Source: Candidatus Falkowbacteria bacterium
Lineage (GTDB): Bacteria; Patescibacteriota; Patescibacteriia; Patescibacteriales; GWE2-39-37
Reading direction: 5' to 3'
Assembly (NCBI GenBank): GCA_037137775.1
Contig: JBAXJQ010000002.1
Location: 25,095 to 89,094 of the forward strand
DNA length: 64,000 nucleotides
Shown: piece by piece, positions 38,301-46,222 of the stretch
Layout of the letters: each line of letters starts with the position of its first letter
Numbering within the stretch: position 1 is the stretch's first letter
The notes under the pieces: model-generated
Database searches by the model: none
The model's input: only the letters and a program-made list of their open reading frames with translations
What the model was told of the DNA's origin: nothing
Position numbers and translations under genes: made by a program

Positions 38301-41300
38301 TAATGTTGCCTGTAAGAGCTTATTTGGGGGATTATATAATTACACATTTACAGCTAATACATGTGAAATTACAACTACGACTGCAAGTGGAGCTAATGTT
38401 GCTTGCAGTCCTACCGCACCTCATGCTTCCTCAACCTGTAATTTGGTAAATTCGATATATGTCTGGCAAATGCCAGCTCAAACATCATGCCCGCCCAGCT
38501 CGCCTGTCACATTTAAAGATATAAATGGTAAATGTACGATTGGTACGCTTGGTAGTCCAAGTGTGTGCTTAGGTTGTCCGGGTGATTTTTCATGTAATTT
38601 GGCTGGTAAATGTGTTTCTGCTCCAGTTTGTGCCGCTAGTTCAACTTGTAATACTACATCAAATACGTGTATACCCAATAAACCAACGGGCACTTGTGAA
38701 TGTTGCTGTCGAACTGCGCCAATGTATGCAGCTCAAGACTGTTGTCTTGGCCTGCAATGCACCCCTGGGCTTTGCGGTACGGGTAATGTTAACTATGGCC
38801 AGTGTACTGGTTGTCGCGTTGAGATTGATAATATTGGCGCTACTTACACCTCTGGGGAAAAGAATTTAAGTGATTCGGCCTGCAATTGTAAAGGTAAACA
38901 GGCAATGCACTGTGAAGTAAAAATAATTAGTGATGATGTTTTTGGAAATATCGTTTATGACGGTTCAGATTCCGGTACCTGCAAGGAAGGTGCCCCCGAT
39001 GTTTCCATGTTTTGCGATGATAGTACTCCAACGCAATGTACGACCGGTGGTAGTGATTGTGTTGATCCAGATAAAGTGTGTAGCACTAAAACCGGTTGCG
39101 CTTGCGAGGTTATCCCTTGTTCAAAAGATACTACCCAATGCACCCCAGATGATTCAGTTTGTACAGATATTGGCCCTGATTTAGAATGCGATCCGGTTTC
39201 ATGTAACTGCACCAGTGAACCATCTGTGCCACCGGGCGAACAATGTATATTGCCAATAAATCCAACTTGTACGGACGGGGTGGCCAGTTGTGGACCGCCA
39301 CAAGATAAGCTTTCTTGTATTACTAGTAGTGGTGATTGTCGTTGTTGTTGCACGCCAGGGGACACCAAGCCTGTGCCTGGAACCAACCGTCAATTAGTTT
39401 GTATTCAAAACCAAGGGGATTGTACTGGTGCTGTTCGCGGTTTATTCTGTGGATGTCAGGCCAATACGGATTGTGGCAATAACACCTTCCTTGCTGCCTG
39501 TGGTCAAGACACTTGTTGTTATCCACGGCCAATAGTAGTCAGCACGGTGCCAATGAATAATGCTAAAGATATTTGTCTTAATCCGTTGATTAGTGTTACT
39601 TTTGACCGGCCTATGAACCCAACCAGTTTTAATGGTAATGTTATTTTGGCGCTCGATAATGGCTTAAGTGTTTGCCCTAAAGGATTGCCATATGTAGCTA
39701 CAAGTGATAATTCAATGGGTACTTTGGCGCGCTGGTGGACAGGGGTTAAACAATTTTTTGGCTTTAGTGCCACTGCTGCCAGCAATAATTTCTGTGCCAT
39801 TCCTGGTATAGTGAATAATTATGTTAAGCAGAAGGGTCTCGGCACAACCACGATTCTGACTTTTTCCCCTTCAATTTTACTAGATAAATATAAAACCTAT
39901 CGAGTAATCGTTAAAGGTGATGCCAGCTCCTCCGATTCTGTTAATGAAGGCGTTCTAAGTGCGAATGGGGTTTCCATGGCCACCACTAGTGTGGCCACTA
40001 CTAGTGTTGAGTTTATTAATGGCGTAAGATTTACCGGCACAATTTGGCAATTTACCACCGGTGATCGAGTTTGTACTTTAGATAAAGTAGTTATGGATCC
40101 AGCTGCTTATACTTTTTTCCGTGGTAGTGACAGCCCTAATTCATCTTCTACACCAAATCAAATAACCATGATTGCCATTCCTGAGTCAGCTAATGGTCAA
40201 CAGATTGTAGCTGTGCCGACGATATATGATTGGTCTTGGGCCTGGTCTTCAAATGATACCACCGTGGTGACCGTTTCTGGGGCCACAACCAGTATGGAAA
40301 CACTTAAAGCTCAAACAAAAAAAGATGGCACCACCAAGGTTAACGCTAAGGCAAAAATAACTGTTGACACATTAAATAATCCCACAACCGCCAATATTAA
40401 AACAGTAACCGGTAGTGCTAATATTAGATTGTTTATTTGTTCAAACCCTTGGCCACCGTATAGTGATCCAACAACCTGGCCCTGGCAAGATAATGCTGCA
40501 AATTGTTCCATAAATGCTGCACAGTGTAGTAATTATAATTTTGAGCTCTATTATTGTCGTGATGGCGCAGCCGCGGGCAACACCTATTTGCCTTCAATTA
40601 TGAACACCGGCACAGTCATTCGCGGAGCTACTACTACACCGACTGTTAATGATATGCTTAAGGAATATTATTTCTTGCGCGCGCCATTGCCAGCAGAAAC
40701 CCAAGGTTTTATTGGTTATCCGATGGCAACTGGTAGTGCAGTAAAGTTGGATTGGACAGCATCAGCTGTACCGGGTTTGAGCTATAAAGTATATTACGGC
40801 AAAGCAACTGGTAATTACACAAACTATGTAGCGGTTACAACGAATAGTACAATCATTTCTAAATTAACCAATGGTCAAAAATATTATTTTGTGGTTAAGG
40901 CTGCTTCATCAACGACTGGTGCGGAAAGTGTAATATCTAAGGAAATCAGTGTTACACCAAAAGATGTTTTAGCACCACCAACGGTTGTTTTTACCATTAT
41001 TCCAGGTGATAAAAAGGCTAATTTAACATGGACAAGGGTGGCTGATGCAGTCAGCTATAAAGTGTATTATGGTAACAATCCCGCTCCATATTTTGGGGCC
41101 AGTAAGGTTGTCGGTGATGTTAATTCGGCTGCATTTAGTGGCCTAAACAACGGTACGGTGTATTATTTTTCAGTTGTTGCGCTTGATAGTGCTGGCAATG
41201 AAAGCAATAAAGTGGTAAATCAAAGAGTGATTATGCCAGACGCGGTTGCACCACTTTCCTTTAATAATGTGTTAAAATCGGTCGATTTTGAAACAGACGT

Positions 41301-42264
41301 TTTTGCGTCAGCTGATTGGGAAAGAAGCTTGCCAACGAGCTATAAGCACGCCAAAGTTGAGCTATCCAAAGCCGAGCATGTTTCTGGGGGTCAAAGTGTG
41401 TTGTTTCACAAGGATGCAAATATTGAATTCCCAGGCAAGTGCAGTCAAGCGTTATGTAATGATATGATAAATCCAAAATGTACTTGGGGTGCTCCAGTGG
41501 CTAACGCCTGTAATTTTAAAAATAGAGACGAAAACGAAAAATTATTTGTGCTTGATACACAATCCTTGGTTTATCAAAATCAAAATTTTTCAAACTACAA
41601 CCAATTAAAATATAACATAAAAAACTTAGCACTTGTGCCTGGAAAAAAATATGTTATTTCATTCTATTATAAGGGTAAAAATATAATTCCTGTAGTGCCC
41701 TCGATAACTGGCTTTCCAGGCTGGAGCACACAGTGTACGCCAAAATCTGCGCTTTATGTTCTTACTGATGTTAGTTCTGCTGCAGTTTGTGCTCTTTATG
41801 GTCCAACAAAGGCGACGTGGAATGTGGCAAGTAGTTCTTGTGATTTTTTTACTAATGAAAATGGTGGCACCACTAGCCCATCTTCTTACCCAGCAGGCAC
41901 TACCTTTACCCGCTGTCGACCGGATCTTTGGACTGCTGCTTTTGACACTTGCGTAGATCAACCAACTCATTGTTGCCGACAAACACCGGCGCAGAAAAAG
42001 TGTTTTAGTACAGTTAATGTATATGCCATTGGTGATCCAGCTAAAAAGGCAATAAATATTCCAGCAGGCAACTATGTGTCGGGTGGTTATAATGGCTGGT
42101 ATTTGTTTCAAGGTTTGTTTGATTATTCTGCAATTATGGATGATTGGAAATTATCTAATGGTACATTAAGTCGCTATTTTAATATTGATGAGTGGTATGT
42201 AGATACAAATTCAAGTGGTTCTGATTTTTATATTGATGACTTAGTTTTTGCCGAAAGTAATTAA
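35302..42264 (+). CDS. giant (2320 aa) surface protein: TrbC/VirB2-like membrane domain + IPT/TIG-like repeats + very Cys-rich region + BIg-like + two FN3 + C-terminal lectin/CBM-like domain
   Basis: ATG 35302 lies 2 nt after the upstream stop. The N-domain is about two-thirds identical to that of 32540..35299. IPT-like segments are ITGISPVGG...ITIFGNNFG and ISDFNPKDGGPGQYVTIWGRGFG. FN3-like segments are LDWTASAVPGLSYKVYYG...YYFVVKA and LTWTRVADAVSYKVYYG...YYFSVVALDSAGNES. Confidence 0.8.
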   Translation: MTNQKQKFKVILFSLILIFGAMFSLVAVRAEVDPFGGQQEAVGNAIGLGNSNPQIMAAKVINWGLGFLGIIAVGIILYAGFLWMTSNGNADQVDRAKKILIGGLIGLIIILASWGIATWLVNSLVDVTGGGGDGDRGNIPPGGVVTFGVTSVNPPGLESAPLNAKGLALYNMTLLPGSGTLTVTTNPAVSYAINSSTDNNLVVFQSSSTCEEINIAYKLKLVIPEEHKNDLCFAPSSTTIYKATVSGYKNLGGVTQDPTDKTWDFSLIPVLDFNPPDILIDRTNQCIAAGGYPLKAHIIDDLSAVMKAKFEVYDPTNFLVFQATVTPPVLGKNVWVTTSTSAMTPPTRYKVVVFAYDAAGNSTSTFDYIIPWPAHCCNNQPDPGTETGTDCGGECPACDGAACAIDMNIPAGIAPNWCTDGNTLCASSFCKTTSSTSTCENAGYAAGTASCCTCQSRPMITGISPVGGFCKANTTKPCNKNADCGGADTCNIDAPNGATNNFITIFGNNFGTIAGNVYFEGNATGTLPSVLNSNCTSTWKDNQIIIAVPSDAASGTIIVKTAVGLTDTSSSSDSYGPVIKDFVKVGFDRPGICKLTPDSGKLNATSTYYGINFTNNNDIAFGSAVTSTSFLKALGRNIINTTTATATVPNLTLGKTSSFVLKNVGSVIVNSNYVDFTKLLDPYAGPVISDFNPKDGGPGQYVTIWGRGFGARQGTSSVRFASTSQADTWTADYNFPPICQDKTWSDKQIIIKVPSGTVSSTLYTLEVEVGPHTATADFKQFLRNKNVRPGICLINPSLTQIGVPVEFSGDNFKKPISPNATFSENKVKSIDDIDWTYDKSPNRTEAPVVADSITGPVVLVNNSAISNPLNLTVGTCKTDAECSGTGVICCPGGSTFAGSCATLSKCFEGPKTSAYEWDFTTNPNGNCQIGTTMCGTEACCVTGTESCNALANGNKGLCSPIPQTCSGMAQNMCTSQPQCPSSPGVCQTVTSTASVGKCGDNVACKSLFGGLYNYTFTANTCEITTTTASGANVACSPTAPHASSTCNLVNSIYVWQMPAQTSCPPSSPVTFKDINGKCTIGTLGSPSVCLGCPGDFSCNLAGKCVSAPVCAASSTCNTTSNTCIPNKPTGTCECCCRTAPMYAAQDCCLGLQCTPGLCGTGNVNYGQCTGCRVEIDNIGATYTSGEKNLSDSACNCKGKQAMHCEVKIISDDVFGNIVYDGSDSGTCKEGAPDVSMFCDDSTPTQCTTGGSDCVDPDKVCSTKTGCACEVIPCSKDTTQCTPDDSVCTDIGPDLECDPVSCNCTSEPSVPPGEQCILPINPTCTDGVASCGPPQDKLSCITSSGDCRCCCTPGDTKPVPGTNRQLVCIQNQGDCTGAVRGLFCGCQANTDCGNNTFLAACGQDTCCYPRPIVVSTVPMNNAKDICLNPLISVTFDRPMNPTSFNGNVILALDNGLSVCPKGLPYVATSDNSMGTLARWWTGVKQFFGFSATAASNNFCAIPGIVNNYVKQKGLGTTTILTFSPSILLDKYKTYRVIVKGDASSSDSVNEGVLSANGVSMATTSVATTSVEFINGVRFTGTIWQFTTGDRVCTLDKVVMDPAAYTFFRGSDSPNSSSTPNQITMIAIPESANGQQIVAVPTIYDWSWAWSSNDTTVVTVSGATTSMETLKAQTKKDGTTKVNAKAKITVDTLNNPTTANIKTVTGSANIRLFICSNPWPPYSDPTTWPWQDNAANCSINAAQCSNYNFELYYCRDGAAAGNTYLPSIMNTGTVIRGATTTPTVNDMLKEYYFLRAPLPAETQGFIGYPMATGSAVKLDWTASAVPGLSYKVYYGKATGNYTNYVAVTTNSTIISKLTNGQKYYFVVKAASSTTGAESVISKEISVTPKDVLAPPTVVFTIIPGDKKANLTWTRVADAVSYKVYYGNNPAPYFGASKVVGDVNSAAFSGLNNGTVYYFSVVALDSAGNESNKVVNQRVIMPDAVAPLSFNNVLKSVDFETDVFASADWERSLPTSYKHAKVELSKAEHVSGGQSVLFHKDANIEFPGKCSQALCNDMINPKCTWGAPVANACNFKNRDENEKLFVLDTQSLVYQNQNFSNYNQLKYNIKNLALVPGKKYVISFYYKGKNIIPVVPSITGFPGWSTQCTPKSALYVLTDVSSAAVCALYGPTKATWNVASSSCDFFTNENGGTTSPSSYPAGTTFTRCRPDLWTAAFDTCVDQPTHCCRQTPAQKKCFSTVNVYAIGDPAKKAINIPAGNYVSGGYNGWYLFQGLFDYSAIMDDWKLSNGTLSRYFNIDEWYVDTNSSGSDFYIDDLVFAESN

Positions 42265-42282
42265 TTATTATAACAATATTTT

Positions 42283-42960
42283 ATGTTTGAAAACACACCC
42301 TCCTCGCCAACCGGTCCAGTTATCCCACCAGTGGTGCCATCAGTCACTCCGGTGCAATCGCCAACCCAGCCTCAACCAGGCTCACCCCCAGTGGATATCT
42401 ACGCCGGTCTAGATACTGGCAAGCCAGCCCAACCAGCAATGCCTACACAGCCAGCCCAACCCGTGATTCCGCCGGTTGGCCACTCGAATCGCCTCTATTT
42501 TATTATTGGCTTGTCCGTTTTAGTTTTAGCCCTACTTGCCCTAGGTGGTTGGTATGGCTATAAATACTATACCAGTTTAAGTGCCCCTGCAGAGGTAGCT
42601 GTGGTTACGCCTCCTGTAGAAGTGGTTGTGCCGGTCGTACCACCCGTTGTTCCAGAGCAACCAGTAGTAATTCCAACCCCAGAAGTAATTCCGCCAGTTG
42701 AAGTTGCCACTACAGCTCCAACTTCAACTCTGCCAGTTGTCACTACCACTGAAAATATTGTCACTACCACCGCTCCTATTGTACCAATCACTCCACCAAG
42801 CATGGTTGATAGCGATAATGATGGCTTAACTGACACCGAAGAGGCAAAGTATGGCACTAATCCTTTGTTAGCTGATACTGACAGCGATGGCTATAGCGAT
42901 GGTTCAGAAGTAAATAATGGGTTTAATCCTTTGGGTACTGGCAAGCTGCTGGTAAAATAA
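42283..42960 (+). CDS. proline-rich bitopic protein with C-terminal thrombospondin-type-3-like Ca-binding repeats
   Basis: TM segment YFIIGLSVLVLALLALGGWYGY, a PV-rich spacer, then DSDNDGLTDTEEAKYGTNPLLADTDSDGYSDGSEVNNGFNPLG. Confidence 0.65.
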   Translation: MFENTPSSPTGPVIPPVVPSVTPVQSPTQPQPGSPPVDIYAGLDTGKPAQPAMPTQPAQPVIPPVGHSNRLYFIIGLSVLVLALLALGGWYGYKYYTSLSAPAEVAVVTPPVEVVVPVVPPVVPEQPVVIPTPEVIPPVEVATTAPTSTLPVVTTTENIVTTTAPIVPITPPSMVDSDNDGLTDTEEAKYGTNPLLADTDSDGYSDGSEVNNGFNPLGTGKLLVK

Positions 42961-42969
42961 AATACCTTT

Positions 42970-43962
42970 ATGTTTAACATCGACAAATCCAAGGAAGAGG
43001 TGGCAGCAGTGTTGCGCGACTCAACTGGGCAAAACAAACAACAAGATGCGATTGATAATATTGGTATTCATGTGATGCCGGCACAATTCAGAGGTAAAAA
43101 TGCTGGTGCTCAGGCACAGACAACTGGGGCAATCATCTTGGTTGTTGGGTTTGTGCTGATTGTTGGACTTGCCGGTGGTGCGTATTATTATTTTATGATT
43201 AAAAAGGGGAATTTATTTATCGATGCTGGTCGTTCGCCTGAAATAGCTACTACAACTGCCACCTCAACCAATTCAGTCACCGAACCAACTAGTCCGACTG
43301 AGCCAATACCAGATGTGCCGATTTCAGAGCCCACCCCATCAACAACTCCTGAGACTGTTGTATCCACTACACCTACTACTACGCCAATAATTGTGCCAAC
43401 TGCCTCGCCAGTAACCGATAGTGATAATGATGGCTTGAATGATGAGGAAGAGGTTTTGATCGGTACGGATAAAAACAATCCCGATACTGATGCAGATGGC
43501 TTTCAGGACGGTGCGGAGCTAGCTGTTGGCTATAATCCAGCCGGCCCAGGTAAAATTATTAGTAACGTCAAAATAAAAATGGCAGATGAAAGCAGTTTTA
43601 CTATACTGTATCCTGCTGATTGGTCAAAAAAAATTCAAACTGGAGTTGAGGGGGTTATGTTTCAATCGCCGGATAATCAATTTTTTCAGGTAAGCTGGCA
43701 GACGCTTGATGCCGGACAGAATTTAACGAGTTGGTATAAAGCCACTTTTAATCAAGTTGAACCATCTCTCCAACAATTAATTGACATAAAGGATGACACG
43801 GGAAAAATAGCTTGGCCTGGTGTTAAAAGTCCGGATAACAAAGCGGTATATATTGCAAACGGTGGTAAGTTGTATACTATTGCGTATAACACAGGCGTAG
43901 ATGGTCGTTTGCTCTATGAACATTTGTTTAGCATGGCGTATAATAGTTTCAGGCTCAAATAA
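42970..43962 (+). CDS. bitopic protein with thrombospondin-type-3-like Ca-binding repeats and an extra C-terminal domain (paralog of the previous gene)
   Basis: TM segment AIILVVGFVLIVGLAGGAYYYF, a PT-rich spacer, then DSDNDGLNDEEEVLIGTDKNNPDTDADGFQDGAELAVGYNPAG. Confidence 0.65.
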   Translation: MFNIDKSKEEVAAVLRDSTGQNKQQDAIDNIGIHVMPAQFRGKNAGAQAQTTGAIILVVGFVLIVGLAGGAYYYFMIKKGNLFIDAGRSPEIATTTATSTNSVTEPTSPTEPIPDVPISEPTPSTTPETVVSTTPTTTPIIVPTASPVTDSDNDGLNDEEEVLIGTDKNNPDTDADGFQDGAELAVGYNPAGPGKIISNVKIKMADESSFTILYPADWSKKIQTGVEGVMFQSPDNQFFQVSWQTLDAGQNLTSWYKATFNQVEPSLQQLIDIKDDTGKIAWPGVKSPDNKAVYIANGGKLYTIAYNTGVDGRLLYEHLFSMAYNSFRLK

Positions 43963-43968
43963 AACAAA

Positions 43969-44376
43969 ATGGTCGAAATTGTCAACGCCACCAGAACTAA
44001 ACTGCAGTTAAAATCGCTTGAACATATTGCTGAATTTGTGTTAGCTCGGTTTAAAGCCTCGGCTAAAGAAGTGTCAATCGCCATAATTGGGGATATTAAA
44101 ATGCGTCGTCATAATGCCGATTATCGTGGCAAGGACCGACCAACTGATGTATTAAGTTTTACCGGAGAGGGGCAGTGGTTGGGTGAGATTTTACTTGATT
44201 ATCAACAAATTAAGCGTCAAGCAAAACGGTTAGGCCATACAGCCAAATTCGAGCTCGAATTTATTACGATTCATGGCCTTTTGCATTTGTTTGGCTATAA
44301 TGATGAGACCGAGGTTGATCGACTGAAAATGATTGCTTTGGGCGATAATATATTAAAAGAATATTATAAAAAATGA
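43969..44376 (+). CDS. ybeY: rRNA maturation endoribonuclease YbeY
   Basis: Metal-binding motif HGLLHLFGYNDE. Confidence 0.9.
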   Translation: MVEIVNATRTKLQLKSLEHIAEFVLARFKASAKEVSIAIIGDIKMRRHNADYRGKDRPTDVLSFTGEGQWLGEILLDYQQIKRQAKRLGHTAKFELEFITIHGLLHLFGYNDETEVDRLKMIALGDNILKEYYKK

Positions 44377-44771
44377 TAAAAATCACCAGACTGTTTAAAA
44401 GCTTTATTTACGCCTTTAGAGGTTTGGTTAAGGTAGTAAGAGAAGAGCAAAATTTTCAAATTCAACTAACCGCTGCCATTCTGGTTTTTATTGCCGCCGT
44501 TTGGTTGAAAATTTCCACAACCGAGTGGTTGGTGTTGATGGGCATAATTCTTTTGGTCTTACTCATGGAGTTGGTTAATAGTGCGGTTGAACGAGTAACC
44601 GACTTATTTAAGCCCAGAATTAGCACTTATGTTAAAGAAATTAAGGATATTATGGCCGCGGCCGTATTGTTAGCCTCGTTGGGAGCGATTGTGGTTGGGG
44701 TGATAATCTTTGGCCCCCATGTTTGGTCTTTAATTAGTCGTAATTGGCTTGCGGCAAGTTGTCTTTTTTAG
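44373..44771 (+). CDS. dgkA: diacylglycerol/undecaprenol kinase family protein
   Basis: 3-TM protein with ELVNSAVERVTD. ATGA overlap with ybeY. Confidence 0.8.
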   Translation: MIKITRLFKSFIYAFRGLVKVVREEQNFQIQLTAAILVFIAAVWLKISTTEWLVLMGIILLVLLMELVNSAVERVTDLFKPRISTYVKEIKDIMAAAVLLASLGAIVVGVIIFGPHVWSLISRNWLAASCLF

Positions 44772-44870
44772 TATAATACATAAAAGAATAATACGACGAT
44801 AATTTTATATTTTTAATCAGGCCTGAACTGAATATATTGGGTTATATTTAGGCCATTTCATACGTTTTAC

Positions 44871-46136
44871 ATGAGTATAAAAGATTCTATCATTGCCGGC
44901 TTAGATATTGGTTCAACCACTATCCGCATGGTTGTCGGTCAAAAAATCGCCCAAGAAAAGGGCGAACAGTTACAAATTATTGGCGCCGTAAGCGTGCCAG
45001 CTGAAGGTATTAGCAAAGGTGTGGTTAATAGTATAGAAAATGCCACCTCCTCAATTACCGCGTGTTTAGAAAAAGCTGAGCGTTTGGTTGGTGTACCGAT
45101 TGAGCGAGTTTGGGTTAGTTTAAATATCCCACATTTGCGTTGTGAAAAAAGCAAAGGCGTGGTGGCCATTAGCAAGAGTGATGGTGAAATTACTGATGTA
45201 GACAAAGATCGGGCTATCGACGCTGCTAGTGCGTTATCTGTGCCGCCAAATTACGAAGTTCTTCACGTTACGCCAATTCGTTATACTGTGGATAACCAGA
45301 CCGATGTCAAAGACCCAATCGGCATGACTGGCGTCCGTCTGGAGGTTGAGGTGCTAATCATTCAGGCGCTCAGTGCTCAGTTAAACAACCTCAGTAAGGC
45401 CATCCATCGTACTGGCGTCGAAATTGAAAAATTTGTGCTTGCGCCAATGGCCGCTGCCGAGGCAGTATTATCCAGTAAACAAAAGGATTTGGGGGCGGTA
45501 GTAATCAATCTTGGGGCTAGTACAACCAGTTTAGTGGTCTATGAAGAGGGTGAGCTGCTTCATACCGCTGTTTTACCTATCGGATCCGAACATATTACTG
45601 GCGACATTGCTATCGGTTTACGTTGCCCGGTTGATTTGGCGGAACGCATTAAAATTGAATTTGGCAGCGCCGATCCAGCCGACTTTGGTAAGCGTGACGA
45701 GGTAGATATCAGCGATTTAGCCCACGAAGAAGGGGTGATGGAAGAAGTTGGCCGTACCGTGTCACGTGGCTTTGTGGCGGAAATTATTGAAGCCCGGGTT
45801 GAGGAGATATTTGAAAAAGTAGATGATGAATTGAAAAAGATTGAACGCTCTGGCATGTTGCCTGCCGGCGCCTATTTAGTTGGCGGTGGGGCCAAATTGA
45901 CTGATTTAGTTGAGGTGGCTAAAAAAAGATTACGCTTGCCTGCTTCGGTTGCTAGTAACAAAACCGGTTTTGCTGCTATTGATAAAGTAAATGACCCAGC
46001 GTATATCACCGCCCTTGGATTAGTTATCTGGGGAGATCGCAACCTGAGCATGAGTTCTAGTCGTCCGTCATTTGGTAACGTAGGCAGCATATTTAAAAAA
46101 ATTAAATCGGGTTTTGACCGATTTGTCCCTAAATAA
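44871..46136 (+). CDS. ftsA: cell division protein FtsA
   Basis: Actin-fold motifs GLDIGSTTIRMVVG, VINLGASTTSLVVY and LVGGGAKL. Sits upstream of ftsZ. Confidence 0.92.
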   Translation: MSIKDSIIAGLDIGSTTIRMVVGQKIAQEKGEQLQIIGAVSVPAEGISKGVVNSIENATSSITACLEKAERLVGVPIERVWVSLNIPHLRCEKSKGVVAISKSDGEITDVDKDRAIDAASALSVPPNYEVLHVTPIRYTVDNQTDVKDPIGMTGVRLEVEVLIIQALSAQLNNLSKAIHRTGVEIEKFVLAPMAAAEAVLSSKQKDLGAVVINLGASTTSLVVYEEGELLHTAVLPIGSEHITGDIAIGLRCPVDLAERIKIEFGSADPADFGKRDEVDISDLAHEEGVMEEVGRTVSRGFVAEIIEARVEEIFEKVDDELKKIERSGMLPAGAYLVGGGAKLTDLVEVAKKRLRLPASVASNKTGFAAIDKVNDPAYITALGLVIWGDRNLSMSSSRPSFGNVGSIFKKIKSGFDRFVPK

Positions 46137-46222
46137 ATTTGTTTGCCTATTTATTCGGGATACGCTAAGATATGCCTAACATTTTAGGGTAGGGAGGCCC
46201 GTTTTATTCTTTAGACTTTTTT

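Noticed and set aside
37587-39386. Long antisense ORFs (205, 143, 95, 84 codons and others) inside the giant gene. Similar cases occur inside the MFS-like gene (22950..23387), the FISUMP gene (58812..59324) and leuA (62516..62827, 63118..63438).
   Set aside because: They lie opposite strongly supported coding regions, have low-complexity or odd composition (Cys, Arg or Pro-rich), and lack start-site context. They are typical shadow ORFs.
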